Assembly (NCBI GenBank): GCA_965197475.1
Contig: CBDANF010000003.1
Span: 1,664,001-1,728,000 of the forward strand
Source of the DNA: Candidatus Poribacteria bacterium
GTDB lineage: Bacteria > Poribacteria > WGA-4E > WGA-3G
Length of the DNA stretch: 64,000 nt
Direction: 5' to 3'
The notes under the pieces are model-generated. The model had not been told where the DNA came from. It made no database searches and saw only the letters and a list, made by a program, of their open reading frames with translations. Both the position numbers and the translations under genes were made by a program. Below, one piece after another: positions 61,051-64,000 of this stretch (the first letter of the stretch is position 1; every line of letters starts with the position of its first letter).

Positions 61051-62674
61051 TTATTTTTCGGATGTTGCCGATGAAGGCGGTCTCTGCATCACAGGAATTA
61101 CATAGCTGCGAATTGTCAAACCTTCTACTGTTTGGGTTTCTAAACGCGGGGTTGAGTTTTCGCGATGGTCAAAAACGACGTAGTAACCCTCTACTGCTCG
61201 TTCTAATTTGAGGTATGCGATCAGCTGCTTTTTGCCTGCTTCATAACGTCGTTCGCCTTCCCATATCTTTGTTTCAACGATATATTTTCGCCCATTGTGG
61301 AAAATGATGAGGTTAATCCTGCCACGTCCGGTTTGCGCTTCAAGATACATAACACCGCGTACAATGCTGACGAATTGATCAAGGTAAGCATAAAGAAGGT
61401 CCTGCCCGACGAACTCTTGTGGCGTTTCTGGCACTTGGAGTATTCGAAAGCCGACGCGGGCAATAAAATCACGGAAGTTATCCAGCAGCCGTTCTAAATC
61501 AATATATCTTGTTGGGGTGAGGTAATCTTCAAAATCGGTATCTTCCGGAAAGTATTCGTGTTCAAGTCCGTTAAATAACGGTTTGAATGCCTGCAGGATG
61601 CACTGCTGATAAATTGGATTGACAATTTCACAGAGATCGTCTGTGCCTTTTGCTATGACACCATAAGTAGTGAGTTCATTCATGATGTCATCATACGGAT
61701 TGAGGGGGACACCTCTCTCATAAGATGCGATCTTCATGAGAATATTTTTAAAGCGCGGATCCCGACGAACATTCGTAATCAGGTGTTGAATGTTGGTATT
61801 TCGTTCTTGGATAATTTGTGCGTGTGCCGTCAGAAAGTGTTCCATGCGAATTTGTTCGGTTTTCGGGATGTCCATCTCCTCGGTAAGAATCTGTGCGAAC
61901 CGATTGACAAGGAAGGGCTGTCCCCCGGTCTGTCTATGAAGCATTTCAATAACTTCAGGCGTGAAGGGTTGTCCAGTTTCTTCAGTGTACTGCGATAGCA
62001 ATTCCTGTACCTGTGCAAGCGTGAAGTTAGGTAGATTGAAGTCATCTTGGATATTGAACGGGGAGATGGAACGGTCGTAGTTCAGCTGTGTAATGCTCTT
62101 AACACCGACGATACCGACGCTATGTGGACATTGAAGTTCAGTAGAGAGATAGATATGGCGGAGCGTATAGAGAAAATCACTAACAACCGTTTCAGGAATT
62201 CCATCAAACTCATCAATAAAAAGCACAACGTGCTGCCCATCATACTCATAATCTAACAAATTGTCAAACTGCTGAAAAAAGTTCAACATTGAGAAAGAAT
62301 CAGTCAGTTGTGTATCCTTCAAAAATTGTGTTAGTGTCTCAGAAATTCCCTTTCCACTTTGGCGTAAGACTGTTTCTATTTGCCCACGTATCATTTCCAC
62401 GTATCATTTCATAGAGACGTTCATAAAAAATGGTAGGCGAGACATTGCGCAGTATTTGGAAATCCAGTTGAATTGGGAAGTAGCTTGGGATTTCTGTTGA
62501 GAGTGTATCAAGTGCGCGACGGAAAAAGGTGGTTTTGCCGGTCTGGCGCGGGGCAAAGAGAACAATATATCTTCCATCTCTAATGCGGTTAATGAAGTCA
62601 GCAGTCTCCTCAGCGCGTGAAACGACGTAGTTTTTCTGTGGATTTACGGGACCTCGGGTTTCAAAACGTCTCAT
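61051..62674 (-). pseudogene. AAA-like ATPase with C-terminal PD-(D/E)xK domain, one frameshift near 62400
   Basis: Walker A APRQTGKTT in 62339..62674. Walker B FIDEFD and C-terminal GRGRINL...IVETK in 61051..62400. Confidence 0.8.
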
Positions 62675-62994
62675 TTTTCTCTCCTTGTCATTAGCATTTT
62701 CCCGCCTTTATTGTACCAGAATCCATAGGCATAAATCAAGGTTGATTTTCGATACGGGCAGGGCTATTTAGTTTTCCGTGGTTTCTTGAAATTCAGCGTG
62801 AATTATTCTTGTGGGAGGGATTTATAACCCAGATTTACGCGAATTATAGCGCGCTAAGTCCCAATATTGCATTCTGAAAACCTAAAACTAAATCACCCTA
62901 ATAATTCATACTTTACCCAGAACTTTACACATTCGACGGTGGATAGAACAGATATTCGTTGCCTCAATACCAACAAGTATGGTATGATAGAAAT

Positions 62995-64000
62995 ATGCAT
63001 CAAAATGAACCAAGCGCGATTCAGGACGTTGAGAAACCTTCAACACTCCGTTTTATTGTTGGTACTCTCCTCTTCGGTTCTATCCTCATTATTCTTACCT
63101 GTTATTGGATAATCTCTGCCGAAAACCGTGTAGTGTGGGAACTCACAGATTTCTCAATCTTTCCCACCGTACTTTTCACATTCTTTCTGCTCGCTGCACT
63201 GGCACCTTTCCTGAGGAGAGTATTCAGACATGCTGCGCCAACTTCACGTGAACTCGCGTTGACGTACATCATGGTCTCAGTCGCAACTGCGCTTGCAGGA
63301 CACGACATCGTCCGGCAATTAGTACCGATGATAGCGAACGCGGGATGGTTTGCAACGCCGGAAAATGAATGGTCGGACATCTTCTTCCGCTTTCTACCAA
63401 GGTGGCTGACCATAACCGACCGTAAAATACTGCAAGGCTATTTTGAAGGGGATGACACCTTTTGGCAACCTCGCTACATGGAGGCGTGGTTTTGGCCGAT
63501 TGTTGCGTGGAGCAGCTTGGTAATAGTGCTGTTGTTTATGATGTTATGCATCAACATCATCATTCGGAAGCAGTGGATAGACCATGAAAAATTGAGTTAT
63601 CCGCTAACAACGCTTCCTATTGAACTGCTTGGCAATACCTCAAATCTTTTTCGCAACAAATTGATTTGGCTCGGTTTCGGCATTGCATTTGGTCTTGAGA
63701 TTTTGGCAGGACTGAATTATCTCTTTCCGGTGATTCCATCGCTCAAAATTAAGTATCAACTCTTCTTTTCAGATCGTCCTTGGAACGCGATGGGACGTTT
63801 GCCGGTTTATGTCTATCCATTTGCAATAGGTCTCGGTTATCTAATGCCGTTAGATTTAGCACTATCTTTCTGGGGATTTTATCTGTTTTGGGGTTTACAG
63901 CGCGTCTTTTTCAGCGCGACGGGATGGACAACGGCTATCGGCTTCCAAACAGAACAACGGGCAGGCGCATGGATCGGTATAGGGCTGCTTGCACTAGTGA
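62995..64000 (+). CDS. Polytopic membrane protein (DUF6785-like), runs off the window; absent from the ORF track
   Basis: Frame MHQNEP...ELALTYIMV...WFATPENEW...RKQWIDHEKLSYPL is open at the window end. Confidence 0.75.
   Translation, partial: MHQNEPSAIQDVEKPSTLRFIVGTLLFGSILIILTCYWIISAENRVVWELTDFSIFPTVLFTFFLLAALAPFLRRVFRHAAPTSRELALTYIMVSVATALAGHDIVRQLVPMIANAGWFATPENEWSDIFFRFLPRWLTITDRKILQGYFEGDDTFWQPRYMEAWFWPIVAWSSLVIVLLFMMLCINIIIRKQWIDHEKLSYPLTTLPIELLGNTSNLFRNKLIWLGFGIAFGLEILAGLNYLFPVIPSLKIKYQLFFSDRPWNAMGRLPVYVYPFAIGLGYLMPLDLALSFWGFYLFWGLQRVFFSATGWTTAIGFQTEQRAGAWIGIGLLALV

Overview
Bacterial chromosome segment, most consistent with Candidatus Poribacteria. This is an inference from the repeated C-terminal 'AV[DE]P..[KR]LTT.WG.[IL]K' motif and the PhyH, FGE-sulfatase, WD40, TolB and TPR paralogs. 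Intact housekeeping blocks: pdxH-trkH-trkA, glycine cleavage gcvT/H/P, rpsO-pnp, tRNA-Glu, tRNA-Gln and an 11-gene nuoABCDHIJKLMN operon with no nuoEFG. Three main observations. (1) In a tandem pair of secreted discoidin-like paralogs, one copy has an in-frame TGA exactly where the other has Cys (WC-U-G vs WCCG). The TGA is followed by a SECIS-like hairpin that is weakened in the Cys copy, making this a candidate new selenoprotein family. (2) A 4.2-kb AT-rich cassette without a transposase (35146-39368) has terminal inverted repeats and a perfect 8-bp target duplication, resembling the IS1595/ISNha5 group. It carries a single-chain restriction-modification enzyme, a TIR-domain protein and a nested mini-element with related ends. 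(3) A PemK/MazF toxin gene missed by the ORF track is interrupted by two tandem MITEs with TAA duplications, part of a nested REP/MITE repeat system. Several accessory genes are frameshifted. All calls are by eye; no database searches were run.
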